The notes: generated by a model from the sequence alone, not told the origin. Shown: positions 47,827 through 58,413, counted from the first letter of the stretch. The stretch is 64,000 bases of DNA from Verrucomicrobiia bacterium (GCA_050010195.1 JBEKLM010000008.1:7843-71842); one strand, 5' to 3'. Numbers and translations: made by a program.

Positions 47827-49131
47827 ATGAGCGAGCAGGCAAAACTGGAAGTCGGCGGCAAGGTTTACCAACTGCCCGTCGTGGTTGGGACCGAAGACGA
47901 GCACGCGATCGACATCACGAAATTGCGGGACGAGTCCGGACTGATCACGCTCGACGACGGCTATTCCAACACTGGCTCGTGCAGCAGCGCGATCACGTTC
48001 ATCGACGGTGAGAAGGGGATTTTGCGGTATCGCGGCATCCCGATTGAGGAGTTGGCCGAGAGATCCACGTTCATCGAGACCGCGTATTTATTGATCTACG
48101 GCCATCTGCCGACCAGCCAGGAACTACGCCGGTTCTCGGAATTGCTTACGCAAAACGAAATGCTGCACGAAGACATGAAATTCCATTTCGAAGGGTTCCC
48201 GCCCAATGCACATCCGATGGCCATCCTCTCCTCGATGATCAACGCCGCGAGTTGCTTTCATCCTCGCCTGATGGAAGGGTACCAACCGAGGAATTTCGAA
48301 CTCCAATCCGCGCGGCTGATTTCCAAGGTCCGCACCATTGCCGCGTTTTCCTATCGCAAGTCGCGCGGGTTGCCGATCATCTACCCCAAGCCGGTGTACA
48401 AATACACGGCCAACTTTCTGCACATGCTGTTTTCCGAGCCGTATCAGGATTATGATTTGAAGCCGGAAGTCGTGCGCGCTCTCGATCTCATTTTTCTCTT
48501 GCATGCCGACCACGAACAGAATTGTTCAACCTCGACCGTCCGCATGATCGCCTCGAGCCGCGCCAATCTGTTCGCCTGCGCCGCCGGGGGCGTGTGCGCG
48601 CTGTGGGGGCCGCTCCATGGCGGCGCCAACCAGGCGGTCATCGAAATGCTCGATCAGATCCACCGCGATGGCGACGATGGATCGAAGTTCATCGCCGCCG
48701 CCAAAGACAAGAAGAGCGGCAAGAAACTCATGGGCTTTGGGCACCGCGTGTATAAGAACTATGACCCGCGCGCCAAAATCATCAAGGAGCAGTGCGACAG
48801 GATTCTGCAACTGCTGCGCATTGACGATCCGTTGCTGGCCATCGCGAAGAAGCTGGAAGAGACGGCCATGCACGACGAGTATTTCATCGAGCGCAAGCTC
48901 TATCCCAATGTGGACTTTTACAGCGGCATCATCATGCGGGCGATCGGCATCCCCATGGAGATGTTCACGGTGATTTTCGCCATCGGACGGATGCCGGGCT
49001 GGATTGCGAATTACAAGGAAATCATGGACGAGTCCAGCAGTCGCATCTACCGTCCGCGGCAAGTCTACGTCGGAGCGCGCGAGCAGCATTACGTGCCCAT
49101 CACACAGAGAGACAAACAAACAGGGTCCTAA
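47827..49131 (+). CDS. gltA: Citrate synthase
   Basis: GFGHRVYKNYDPRA signature. AGGAGG RBS before MSEQAKLEV. Confidence 0.9.
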   Translation: MSEQAKLEVGGKVYQLPVVVGTEDEHAIDITKLRDESGLITLDDGYSNTGSCSSAITFIDGEKGILRYRGIPIEELAERSTFIETAYLLIYGHLPTSQELRRFSELLTQNEMLHEDMKFHFEGFPPNAHPMAILSSMINAASCFHPRLMEGYQPRNFELQSARLISKVRTIAAFSYRKSRGLPIIYPKPVYKYTANFLHMLFSEPYQDYDLKPEVVRALDLIFLLHADHEQNCSTSTVRMIASSRANLFACAAGGVCALWGPLHGGANQAVIEMLDQIHRDGDDGSKFIAAAKDKKSGKKLMGFGHRVYKNYDPRAKIIKEQCDRILQLLRIDDPLLAIAKKLEETAMHDEYFIERKLYPNVDFYSGIIMRAIGIPMEMFTVIFAIGRMPGWIANYKEIMDESSSRIYRPRQVYVGAREQHYVPITQRDKQTGS

Positions 49132-49169
49132 ACAAGATAGTCCTGTCCGCCAGCTTGAACAGGCTCATG

Positions 49170-49209
49170 GGCGAGACGAGACAAACACGATCTCACGGCG
49201 AGACGAGAC
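49170..49209. repeat. Two copies of ggcgagacgagac separated by a 14-bp spacer. An imperfect hairpin (acgagac gctagc gctctcgt) follows
   Basis: Read directly between gltA and the PEP-CTERM gene. Confidence 0.4.
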
Positions 49210-49340
49210 GCTAGCGCTCTCGTGCTCTGGCAACCACGGCAACAGCGCTGCGCCCCCCCTTTATCCGACTCGGCTGAATTGTCTGGTAATTGCGCCACCG
49301 ATTTCGTAGGATTCCGACCAGAAGCGAAAGGGCTTTCTCC

Positions 49341-49964
49341 ATGATGAAAGCAACACTCTTGCTGCTGCTGGCTGTGTTCTCCACGCTCCCCCTGTTTTCA
49401 GCCCGCTCGCAGACCGTGGTGACGTTTGATGACATCAACGTCGCTCTCACGCCCGGCTATGCGACCAATATACCCACTGGCTACCAAGGTCTCATCTGGA
49501 GCAATTTCTGGGTCAATAACTCGATCCTCACATTCCAGAGCGGACATGTCGACGGCTACTACTACGGGATGGTCTCGCCATCCAATGTGGCCTTCAACGC
49601 CTCTGGCAATCCCGCAGAAATTGATTCAGCGACCAACTTTAATTTCCTGAGTGTCTACCTGACTGGCGCATGGAACAGCAATCTGAACATCGAAGTCGAA
49701 GGATTCAACGGAGCACAAGAAATATACAACACAATCGTGGTTGCCAGCGCCACCAACCCTACCCTGTTCACTTTCAATTACCTCGATATCAACCGCCTCT
49801 ATTTCAACTCCTACGGTGGCGAGCCGGCCTTTACCCCTTACTCCGAAAATAACTTTGTCATGGACAATTTCACTTTCGAATTCGTCCCCGAGCCCTCGTC
49901 GCTCCTGCTGACCATGTTGGGAGTCCTGATGCTTTGGGCATGTCGCAAACGCAGGGCAGCCTAA
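49341..49964 (+). CDS. PEP-CTERM sorting-domain protein
   Basis: Signal peptide. C-terminal FVPEPSSLLLTMLGVLMLWACRKRRAA. Confidence 0.8.
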   Translation: MMKATLLLLLAVFSTLPLFSARSQTVVTFDDINVALTPGYATNIPTGYQGLIWSNFWVNNSILTFQSGHVDGYYYGMVSPSNVAFNASGNPAEIDSATNFNFLSVYLTGAWNSNLNIEVEGFNGAQEIYNTIVVASATNPTLFTFNYLDINRLYFNSYGGEPAFTPYSENNFVMDNFTFEFVPEPSSLLLTMLGVLMLWACRKRRAA

Positions 49965-50139
49965 CGGCAACGACTCCCACCCTCGTCTCGTCGCGGCTTT
50001 CCGATTCTACCGTCTCGCCTACGGTGTCAAGGATACTACGTCGCGCGGCACACGACCGCCGCTCGTGCGTTCCTCCTCGACATGCTGTGCCGCCCTCACC
50101 CCTCGCCACATCACGAGACAGTCCCGCCAAACAGACCGC

Positions 50140-50640
50140 CTAGTCCACCCGCAACAGGATCTGCAACTGGGAGGAGACGGCATCCATGGCGTATTGGACT
50201 TCGGGGGTGCGGATGCCTTCCGCGTCTCGCAACGGGGAGGTCACCGCGATGATCCGCGCCCGCGTGTGTTTGTCGCGGGACACGTACTCCAGGTCTCGCA
50301 CGATCTCGTGAAATAGCGCGTCGGATTCGGCGGCGGTCAGCTCGGTCTGCGCGACGACGTCCCCGAGCCGCGCGCGCAATTTTGTTTTCTCGGCCGGATC
50401 GGCTTTCGAGTAATCGCGGCGAATCTGATTGGAGATCAGGTCAAACTTTTCCTGCAACATGTTCAGCTTGGCCACGTCCTTGTTCCACGCGTCGATGTTC
50501 TGGACGCAACGCGACACCGCGTCACGGTTGATAGTCGCCTGGTCAACAACAAGCTTCGAGCAGGAGCAAAGGAGCAGAGCCAGCGCCGAGAGCGCGGCCC
50601 GACAACGGGAACGAGTTGAAATCATCGGTGCTGTTTCCAC
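50140..50640 (-). CDS. Hypothetical lipoprotein
   Basis: Signal peptide plus lipobox (LLLCSCS). Confidence 0.5.
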   Translation of the reverse strand: METAPMISTRSRCRAALSALALLLCSCSKLVVDQATINRDAVSRCVQNIDAWNKDVAKLNMLQEKFDLISNQIRRDYSKADPAEKTKLRARLGDVVAQTELTAAESDALFHEIVRDLEYVSRDKHTRARIIAVTSPLRDAEGIRTPEVQYAMDAVSSQLQILLRVD

Positions 50641-50728
50641 TTGGTACTGGCGTAGAATTCAGCAATTCCTTTGCCAGCTTTTTGGGGCTGACTTGAATGC
50701 GTGATTCTGCTATCTTTCGACAAGAGCA

Positions 50729-53101
50729 ATGACGGAACGCCGACATCGCAGGATGAAGAGCTGGGCCGTGGGCGTGGGCATTGGCTTCGTGTTGTTCAAC
50801 GTATTCAGTTTTTTTGTCCTTCCAGCGGCCATCAAATCACAAATGCTCAAACGGTTGCCGGCGTTGACGCATCGCCATGTCGCCGTGCGGGAAGTGAAGC
50901 TGAATCCATACGCGCTTTCGTTCACACTTCGCGGGTTCTCATTGACAGAAACCAATGGTGACGAATTTGTCACGTTGGACGAGTTGTACGTCAATTTCAA
51001 GCCCGTCTCGCTCCTCAAACGCGGATTTGTCTTCGGCGAAATCCATGTCAAGAAGCCGTCCGCCAACATCGTTCGACTGGCCGACGGGACCTTCAACTTT
51101 TCGAACCTTCTCCCGGCCACCAATCAGCCGCCATCTGAGGCCAAGGCTGCCGCCCCGTCAACCGCCAAACAGCAATTGCCCCTGGTGATTGTTGAGGCGC
51201 TCAAGATCGAAGATGGCCAATTTTCGTTCACCGATCTTGACCGCAAGAAACCGTTTCAGCGGCGATTCGGCCCGATCGACGTTACCCTGACCGATTTTAC
51301 CACCCGTCCGAAGAACGGCAGCCCGTACGCCGTCGTGGTCAGCACGAAAGATGGGGAGACGTTTGCCTGGTCGGGAGATGTATCCATCGCGCCGCTGTAT
51401 TCGGCGGGCACATTCAAGTTGACGGGGCTGCACTTCGACAAATACGCCGCGTATGCCGAGGACGTTGTGCCCATCCAGGTTGACGGTGGCCGCATGAATT
51501 TGCAAATGGATTACCACGTGGCTGTGACGGGCGAAGAAGCCAGTGCCTCCATTTCCAATTTGACCGTGGATCTGGCCGAAGTTCGGGTGTCAACGACGCA
51601 ACCAAGGCCCGCTCAGGCCCACTTGGACAAGTTGCATCTCACGGTCGACGGGGTGTCGCTGGACACGGCGGCCAAGCGGCTGGATGTCGCGGAGATTCGG
51701 TTGACGGACCTTACAACAGGGGTGACGCTGTTGCCCGGCGCACCCGCGACACAAACGGTTGCCCAGGTCGCGTCCAAGCCCGTGATCGAGTCCAAACCGG
51801 CGGCGACGCAGACCAACGCGTTCCAGATCAAGATCGATGAGGTGGCGATCGAGAATGCGTCGTTCCATTTCACGGATGAATCGGTCGAGCCCCACGTCGA
51901 ATCCGCGGTCGAGGAATTCAACGGGAGTGTAAAGGGGCTGACTTCCGACATGAATACGGTTGCCGTGGTGGACCTTGCGGGCAAGGTGAACAAATACGCG
52001 CCGTTCTCGATCAAGGGCAAGATCAACCCGTTGGCGTCGGACTTGTTTGTCGATGTGGCAATTCTATTGCAGAATGATGCGCTGATGCCCACGTCGCCGT
52101 ACGCCTCGAAGTACGTCGGGTTTCCGCTGGAAAGCGGCGCGTTGTCGCTCGATCTCCGCTACTACGTCACCCAGCGGGAGTTGAAGGCCGAGAACAAGGT
52201 GCGGGTCGATCAACTGCGACTGGGCGAGGCCAGCAACAGTCCCGAGGCGATCAAACTGCCGGTGAAACTCGGCATTGCCTTGTTGCAGGACCGCCACGGC
52301 GTGATCGCGCTCAACGTGCCCGTGAATGGCCGCCTCGATGATCCGAAGTTCAAGCTCGGCCCTGTCATCATGCAGGTGTTCATGAATATCATCACCAAGG
52401 CCGTCACGAAACCGTTTGCCATGCTCGGATCAATGTTCGGCGGCGGTGAGGACCTTGACCATATCACGTTTCAGATGGGCGGGGCGGATTTCGCGGAAGG
52501 CGAGTTGACCAAACTCGACACGCTGGCGACGGCCCTCTACGAGCGACCGGCACTGAAGCTCGGCATCGCAGGTTCGGTTGATCCCGTCAAGGATCGTGAG
52601 GCGTTGGCAAAACTCAAGCTGGAGCACAAGCTTGGCGAAATGCGCGTGAAGGAGTTGCAGGCGGCCGGGCAGAAGGTGACCTCGGTGGATTCCGTGCGGT
52701 TGACCCCGGACGACCGGAACCGCTTGATAAAACTGGCGTATGCGGAAGCGATGGGGCTGGTTTCGAGCAGGGCCTCGGCTGGGCGTGCTGAGACGGTTCT
52801 GGCGCACCTTCAAACAAAAACCAATTTCGAGCCGCAGCATCCCGCGAAGAGCGCGGAGCGGGCCAAAGGCGGAGCCCCCGGGGCTGTGGTGAGCCTGGCG
52901 GATATGGAAACGAAGCTTGTTGAAGTTACGGAGGTAACCCCCGACGATTTCAAGAAGCTCATGGATGAGCGCGCGACCGCCGTGCAGAGCTATCTGTTAC
53001 AGAGTGGAAAGGTTGAACCCGAACGGCTTACGGTTGCCGCCTCCAAGACCGTCGACGCATCATTTCAGGGCGCGAATCGGGTGAATTTGACGCTACAGTA
53101 A
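50729..53101 (+). CDS. DUF748/AsmA-like family protein
   Basis: N-terminal TM helix followed by DUF748-like repeats (…REVKLNPYALSFTLRGFSLTETNGDEFVTLDELYVNFKPVSLLKRGFVFGEIHVKKPSANIVRLADGTFNFSNLL…). Confidence 0.7.
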   Translation: MTERRHRRMKSWAVGVGIGFVLFNVFSFFVLPAAIKSQMLKRLPALTHRHVAVREVKLNPYALSFTLRGFSLTETNGDEFVTLDELYVNFKPVSLLKRGFVFGEIHVKKPSANIVRLADGTFNFSNLLPATNQPPSEAKAAAPSTAKQQLPLVIVEALKIEDGQFSFTDLDRKKPFQRRFGPIDVTLTDFTTRPKNGSPYAVVVSTKDGETFAWSGDVSIAPLYSAGTFKLTGLHFDKYAAYAEDVVPIQVDGGRMNLQMDYHVAVTGEEASASISNLTVDLAEVRVSTTQPRPAQAHLDKLHLTVDGVSLDTAAKRLDVAEIRLTDLTTGVTLLPGAPATQTVAQVASKPVIESKPAATQTNAFQIKIDEVAIENASFHFTDESVEPHVESAVEEFNGSVKGLTSDMNTVAVVDLAGKVNKYAPFSIKGKINPLASDLFVDVAILLQNDALMPTSPYASKYVGFPLESGALSLDLRYYVTQRELKAENKVRVDQLRLGEASNSPEAIKLPVKLGIALLQDRHGVIALNVPVNGRLDDPKFKLGPVIMQVFMNIITKAVTKPFAMLGSMFGGGEDLDHITFQMGGADFAEGELTKLDTLATALYERPALKLGIAGSVDPVKDREALAKLKLEHKLGEMRVKELQAAGQKVTSVDSVRLTPDDRNRLIKLAYAEAMGLVSSRASAGRAETVLAHLQTKTNFEPQHPAKSAERAKGGAPGAVVSLADMETKLVEVTEVTPDDFKKLMDERATAVQSYLLQSGKVEPERLTVAASKTVDASFQGANRVNLTLQ

Positions 53102-53105
53102 TCAC

Positions 53106-53984
53106 TCACATCACGGCGCGCGATTTCGCTGTGACCGATATCGTGTAGCGCTGGCTCTCGGTATGCAACTTCACGGCTGCGTTGAACGCGCGCCCCAGCA
53201 GTTCTGACGTGAGTACGTCTGCCTTCCGCCCTTGGGCCAGCACGCGGCCGGCTTTGAGGAGCAGCACATGCGAAAACACGGGCACAATTTCCTCGACGTG
53301 ATGCGTGACGAGCAGGAGCGTCGGCGCTCCCCGACGACGACCGAGGTCTTCGAGGAATCGCAGAAAATGGACGCGGGCGACAGGATCGAGTCCCGCGCAT
53401 GGTTCATCAAGAATCAGCAATGGCGGATTGGCCATCAGCGCACGGCCGATGAGCACCCGTTGGCGTTCGCCTTGTGAGAGCACTCGCCAGGGGCGGGCAG
53501 CGAGATGCGAACACTCAACGCTTTTCAGAATCTGGACAGCGCGCTTGCGATCGGCGGACGCAGGCTCTCCCCAGTAATCAATCATCGCATATTTGCCGCT
53601 CACGACCGTTTCCAACGCCGGCTCCTCCTCGGCCATCATTTGTCGGACAGATGAACTGACCAAGCCGACGCGTTTCCGCAGTTCGCGCCAGTCGGTCTCG
53701 CCGTAGCGTTCGCCCAGCACCTCGATCGTGCCGGCGGTTGGCGTAAGATAGGCCGTCAACGCACTGAGAAGAGACGTTTTCCCCGATCCATTCGCGCCGA
53801 GAATGGCCCAATGCTGGCCGTGCTCGACGCGCCACGACACATCGTCGAGAATGACCGTCTCCCCGCGCTCGACGCGCAAGTTACGGACGTTCAGGACGGC
53901 TGAGTTCCTCTGTGACTGCACGGTGCGGATCCTAGCATAGACGACGCCACAGTGCGCGTCTACGTGTCTTGTGCCGCCTAGCAC
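53106..53984 (-). CDS. Orphan ABC-transporter ATP-binding protein (the start may lie downstream of the first Met)
   Basis: Walker A GANGSGKTSLL, signature LSQGERQR and Walker B LLILDEP. No adjacent permease. Confidence 0.8.
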   Translation of the reverse strand: MLGGTRHVDAHCGVVYARIRTVQSQRNSAVLNVRNLRVERGETVILDDVSWRVEHGQHWAILGANGSGKTSLLSALTAYLTPTAGTIEVLGERYGETDWRELRKRVGLVSSSVRQMMAEEEPALETVVSGKYAMIDYWGEPASADRKRAVQILKSVECSHLAARPWRVLSQGERQRVLIGRALMANPPLLILDEPCAGLDPVARVHFLRFLEDLGRRRGAPTLLLVTHHVEEIVPVFSHVLLLKAGRVLAQGRKADVLTSELLGRAFNAAVKLHTESQRYTISVTAKSRAVM

Positions 53985-54027
53985 TCCGACCTTGTCGAAG
54001 GGTCTTTACCTGGTTACGCTGCGAGCT

Positions 54028-55320
54028 ATGGGACGGACATACCAAGTTACAATGTTTCACTTTCGATGTCCGCTTTGCGGTGCGAGACCTCCAGAAGAAC
54101 CTCTAGCCGACTATCTGGCCCGCTGGGCTACGTCCGATTCCCAGCGTTTGGGACGCTTCCTCAGTTTTCTAGTATGCGCTCTAAATGAGTTGCGCTGCGG
54201 TAGACCGGCTTGGTTCACTGAGCGTTTCGATGGGTCTTTGACCAGGGTGCACGATTCGGCAACGCCGTTGCTAGCAAGTTTCAACTCGATATGTCCGCAT
54301 TTACTTACGACTATCACGGAGGGGAGTTTCCGCATTGCCGAGCAGTGCCCCTTCTGCCACGCCCCCTCCGGCGAGCGGGAACCTGATCGCTACTTCGGCG
54401 CTTGGATGAGAGCGGACAAAGTGCAGACAGCCAACCTACTCTACGAAACGACGCTTGTTCTGTGGGCCATTCTGCGTGGTGCTCCCCAATGGTGCGATGG
54501 CAGCCTGCTGGACTCTCTAAACGGACTTCGCAAGTCTCTCCGTTGTGCGGCGCAGCAGTTGGGGATGATGGAATGCCCGCAATGTGGGCGATTCACGAAT
54601 TGCTTGTATGGCCCACTAGAGCCCAAGGAACAACGGTTCTGCCGGTGGTGTTTGGACATGGGCGGCGGCTTTGGCTTTGGCATATCCGTCGTCGTGGGTG
54701 ACGATCCGCGCGACGTCAAGATCGAGGCTCACGGCACAAATCCAAAGGCGCCCGCCGCAAATTCACGCGACCTCCTTCCACCGCGAGAGCCCCCGCCACC
54801 GTACACCGGGCCCAAATTCACCATCGAGATGCCGATCTTACCCGCTCGCGATGGAGTCGGGCTCGCCGAGTTTCTGAATGACAATCTGCCGGAAGTTTCA
54901 GCGGGGATTCGGCAAGGTTTCGCTCAGGTGTTTGACGGTTACGTTTCCACTCATCTTCTTAAGCGGTACAAAGACAGGTCTCAGGATTCATATTTTTGCG
55001 ACCGTCCGCGGCCTTCTTTTGACGCGACGATCTTCAAGGTCCTTTCGGGTGAGATTGAACCGCGTCACGCGCCTCCGCTCGCCATCACCTACGTTGCATT
55101 CGACCTTGTGTTTGCGAAATCAAATGTGTCGCACATCCCAGACGGTGATTTTCAAGGCGGCGAGCCTGCGCCCTTCATTGTGATCCAGCCCCCGTGGGAA
55201 ATTGTCTTACACTGGGCCGACAAAAAGGAGCAGGTAACTCAAGTTCGATTTCGCTTTCGGGCATTCATTCACCTGCGATTATCCACGGATCCCCAATGGA
55301 TGGGACGTGGACACACCTAA
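54028..55320 (+). CDS. Cys-rich hypothetical protein with several zinc-ribbon-like CxxC pairs (low-GC island)
   Basis: CPLCG, CPFCH, ECPQCG…CRWC. About 430 aa. GC is about 48-52%, against >60% in the flanks. Confidence 0.5.
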   Translation: MGRTYQVTMFHFRCPLCGARPPEEPLADYLARWATSDSQRLGRFLSFLVCALNELRCGRPAWFTERFDGSLTRVHDSATPLLASFNSICPHLLTTITEGSFRIAEQCPFCHAPSGEREPDRYFGAWMRADKVQTANLLYETTLVLWAILRGAPQWCDGSLLDSLNGLRKSLRCAAQQLGMMECPQCGRFTNCLYGPLEPKEQRFCRWCLDMGGGFGFGISVVVGDDPRDVKIEAHGTNPKAPAANSRDLLPPREPPPPYTGPKFTIEMPILPARDGVGLAEFLNDNLPEVSAGIRQGFAQVFDGYVSTHLLKRYKDRSQDSYFCDRPRPSFDATIFKVLSGEIEPRHAPPLAITYVAFDLVFAKSNVSHIPDGDFQGGEPAPFIVIQPPWEIVLHWADKKEQVTQVRFRFRAFIHLRLSTDPQWMGRGHT

Positions 55321-55393
55321 TCTCCCATCCACAGCGCCGTGCGCCTTAACACCGCAGCCTGCTGACCTTGACGGCTCTTCGCGTAGGATGGGG

Positions 55394-56068
55394 TCACGAC
55401 ATGGTCAGCGCCGGAACTGGCAGGGATGGTGCGTCCATAGAGCAATACTTGTTATGGAGAAACGCGAAAGCTGAAAACGAATTCGTCGCCAATTTGGCGG
55501 CCAGCCGAATATCCTGCTCCGTGACCGTGTAGATGATATCACGCGCTACGTTGCGGGGGCCATGAATCACCTTGTTTCTTTTCTTTTGGAGATTACGCCA
55601 TTCAGAGAAAACATCCGCGACCTCTGTTCCAGCGAGCGCGTCCTCAGGTTTGCATCCGCAAATCTTCTCGAACAACTTCAGGCGGTCACCCAATCGGGAA
55701 TTGCTTTCGAGCAGCAAATCGATGATTGGCCAGTCAAGACCCACGCGGCGGCACCGGTTAACCAGAAATGTGTGGAGGTGCAATTCCATCATCGTACAGA
55801 ACAGAATCACACAAACGCTGCGAGAACTCTCGGTCGAATAAGACTCAAAAATCATCTCTAGCAAGGTCCGCTCATCAAGCCCGAAGAATGTTTGCCTCAT
55901 ATCGCAAACGGTTCCGCAAATCCGGCATGGTATCTTTCTTCTGGTCTCCCCGTCGTTGTGGACGTGGCCGCATTCTGGGCACAGGGTGGCCGCGGTGGTA
56001 ATCGACGCGAGATTATGTGGTGTGTCGTGTGGGTCCCGCTCATCGAGAATTTCCAAGATCGTGCTCAT
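55394..56068 (-). CDS. Cys-rich hypothetical protein with an N-terminal zinc ribbon and a C-terminal HEPN-like Rx4HG motif (low-GC island)
   Basis: CPECGHV…CRICG. …WRNLQKKRNKVIHG…. Low GC. Confidence 0.5.
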   Translation of the reverse strand: MSTILEILDERDPHDTPHNLASITTAATLCPECGHVHNDGETRRKIPCRICGTVCDMRQTFFGLDERTLLEMIFESYSTESSRSVCVILFCTMMELHLHTFLVNRCRRVGLDWPIIDLLLESNSRLGDRLKLFEKICGCKPEDALAGTEVADVFSEWRNLQKKRNKVIHGPRNVARDIIYTVTEQDIRLAAKLATNSFSAFAFLHNKYCSMDAPSLPVPALTMS

Positions 56069-56339
56069 GGCCGATAAATTGGTAAAGGCTGGCTGAACGA
56101 GAGCCTAATCTGGCAATCGTGAGACCACAATCCCAAAGTGGCTGGAATCGGTCGGCAGTGGTCCAAATAAACTGGCGGGCACCCCGGCGATCCGCCCCCG
56201 CCGGCTCGTAGTTTACGGGTAAATGCGCGGCGCTGCTGGCTGCCGTCGCTTGCGTTTGCGGTACCGGCAAGTCTGTACCGCGTCTCACCTTCGGTTCGGC
56301 TTGCCAGCGGGTTTGCGGTTCGGCTATGTTGTCGGGGTT

Positions 56340-57611
56340 ATGGCAACGACGGTTTTAGTGGGCGCCCAGTGGGGCGATGAGGGCAAGGGCAAGGTCATCG
56401 ACGTGCTCACCGAGCAGGCGGACGTGGTGGTGCGCTACCAGGGCGGCAACAACGCGGGCCACACGGTTGAGGTCGGCGACCAGAAGTATGTATTGCACCT
56501 GATCCCGTCAGGGATATTGCATCCTGGCAAGATCAGCGTGATCGGCAACGGCGTCGTGGTCGATCCCGCGGCGTTGCTGGGTGAAATTGAGCACCTGCGC
56601 AGTCGCGGCGTGACCATCGACGGCAATCTCTACGTCAGCGAGACCGCCCACCTCGTGTTTCCGTACCACAAGATACTGGACGAGATTCGCGAGGAGCAAA
56701 AGGGCCAGCGCAAGATCGGGACCACCAAGCGCGGCATCGGCCCCGCCTACGCCGACAAGGTCGCGCGCACAGGCCTGCGACTGGTCGATTTGCTTTCGCC
56801 GGAACGTTTCTCCGAGAAACTGCGTCGAAAGATTCGGGAAAACAACGAGATCTTCAAGGCGTTCGGGGCGAAGCCGTTGAGTTTCGCGAAAATCAATGAC
56901 GAGTACCTGGAATGCGGACGCAAGCTACGGCCGTTTATTACGGACACCGTGACGCTGCTGAATCGTGCCGTGCGCGACGGACGAAATATTCTGTTCGAGG
57001 GCGCGCAGGGCACATTGCTCGATATCGATTTTGGGACCTATCCATTCGTGACCAGTTCGAACGCCACGGCCGGTGGGGCCTGCATCGGCACCGGTGTACC
57101 GCCACACCGTGTTGACCGGGTGGTCGGCGTCATGAAGGCCTACACGACACGCGTGGGCGAGGGACCATTCCCGACGGAACTGCTCGACGATCAGGGTTTG
57201 ATCCTGCGCGAGACAGGGCGCGAGTTCGGTGCGACCACGGGCCGGCCGCGTCGTTGTGGTTGGTTCGACGCCGTGGCGACGCGATACTCGGTCATGGTCA
57301 ATGGTATTGACGAACTGGCGGTGACGAAACTGGATGTGCTCGACAACCTGCCAAAGATCAAGGTGTGTGTTGCCTACAAGGTGGGCAGCCGGATTTACGA
57401 AACCGTCCCGAACGACATCAACGTGCTGGAGCGGTGCTCGCCTGTCTACCAGGAATTCGATGGCTGGCAAATGTCGACGAAACAGGCACGGGACTTCGAC
57501 CAATTGCCAAAGCGCGCTCGCGTTTATCTCCAAAAGCTCGCCCAACTCAGCGGCGCGAAACTCAGCCTTGTGTCCGTCGGCGCCCGGCGGGAGGAGACGA
57601 TATTCTTGTGA
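56340..57611 (+). CDS. purA: Adenylosuccinate synthetase
   Basis: VLVGAQWGDEGKGKVID P-loop and GGNNAGHT. Confidence 0.95.
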   Translation: MATTVLVGAQWGDEGKGKVIDVLTEQADVVVRYQGGNNAGHTVEVGDQKYVLHLIPSGILHPGKISVIGNGVVVDPAALLGEIEHLRSRGVTIDGNLYVSETAHLVFPYHKILDEIREEQKGQRKIGTTKRGIGPAYADKVARTGLRLVDLLSPERFSEKLRRKIRENNEIFKAFGAKPLSFAKINDEYLECGRKLRPFITDTVTLLNRAVRDGRNILFEGAQGTLLDIDFGTYPFVTSSNATAGGACIGTGVPPHRVDRVVGVMKAYTTRVGEGPFPTELLDDQGLILRETGREFGATTGRPRRCGWFDAVATRYSVMVNGIDELAVTKLDVLDNLPKIKVCVAYKVGSRIYETVPNDINVLERCSPVYQEFDGWQMSTKQARDFDQLPKRARVYLQKLAQLSGAKLSLVSVGARREETIFL

Positions 57612-57681
57612 TGTATACGACGATGACGACTCAATTTGTTTAACATCCACATCGAAACGGTTGGCATAACGGCAAGAGCAG

Positions 57682-58413
57682 GTGACTCCACATCTCAAAA
57701 ACATCCCCCACCACGTCGCTATCATCATGGATGGCAACGGACGTTGGGCGCGCAAGCGCGGGCTGCCTCACATCGAGGGGCATCGGCGGGGCGCCGAAAG
57801 CGTCCGTGAAATCGTCCGCGTGTCGGGCGAATTGGGTATTGATTACCTGACACTGTACGCATTCTCGACCGAGAACTGGAATCGTCCCAGGGCCGAGGTT
57901 TCTGGTTTGATGCGGTTGTTGGATTTTTTCCTGAAGCAAGAGGTCGCCGAGCTGAACAAGAACAACGTGCGGCTCACCGCCATTGGGCGCCTGGACGAAC
58001 TGCCGCTGCGCGCGCAACGCCAACTGGAGAAATCCATCGATGCGTTGAAGAAAAACACCGGCCTGACGCTGGTGCTTGCCTTGAGCTACGGTGGCCGGGC
58101 CGAGATCGTCGATGCCGTGAGGTCGATCTGCCGGGAGGTGAAGGGTGGGAGACTCGACGCAGCGGGAGTCGATGAGAAGGTCATCTCGCAGCACCTGTAT
58201 ACCCGCGCAATTCCCGACCCGGATTTGCTGATTCGGACCAGCGGCGAAATGCGCGTCAGTAATTTCCTGCTGTGGCAGATTTCGTACGCGGAGATTTATG
58301 TCACCGAAACGCTCTGGCCCGATTTTCGCCGGTCCGAGTACCTAAAGGCGCTGGCGGACTACGGGGGCCGTGACCGCCGTTTCGGCCGGGTCAGCCCGAA
58401 CGAGGCTGCGTGA
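57682..58413 (+). CDS. uppS: Undecaprenyl-diphosphate synthase (cis-prenyltransferase)
   Basis: HVAIIMDGNGRWA, and YAFSTENWNRP. Confidence 0.95.
   Translation: MTPHLKNIPHHVAIIMDGNGRWARKRGLPHIEGHRRGAESVREIVRVSGELGIDYLTLYAFSTENWNRPRAEVSGLMRLLDFFLKQEVAELNKNNVRLTAIGRLDELPLRAQRQLEKSIDALKKNTGLTLVLALSYGGRAEIVDAVRSICREVKGGRLDAAGVDEKVISQHLYTRAIPDPDLLIRTSGEMRVSNFLLWQISYAEIYVTETLWPDFRRSEYLKALADYGGRDRRFGRVSPNEAA

Noticed and set aside
56251-56330. Imperfect direct repeat gtttgcggt(a/t)c(c)gg ×2 upstream of purA, considered as a PurR-type box
   Set aside because: It does not match the proteobacterial PUR box palindrome and there are only two degenerate copies. Without an identified regulator it was left as an unexplained curiosity.
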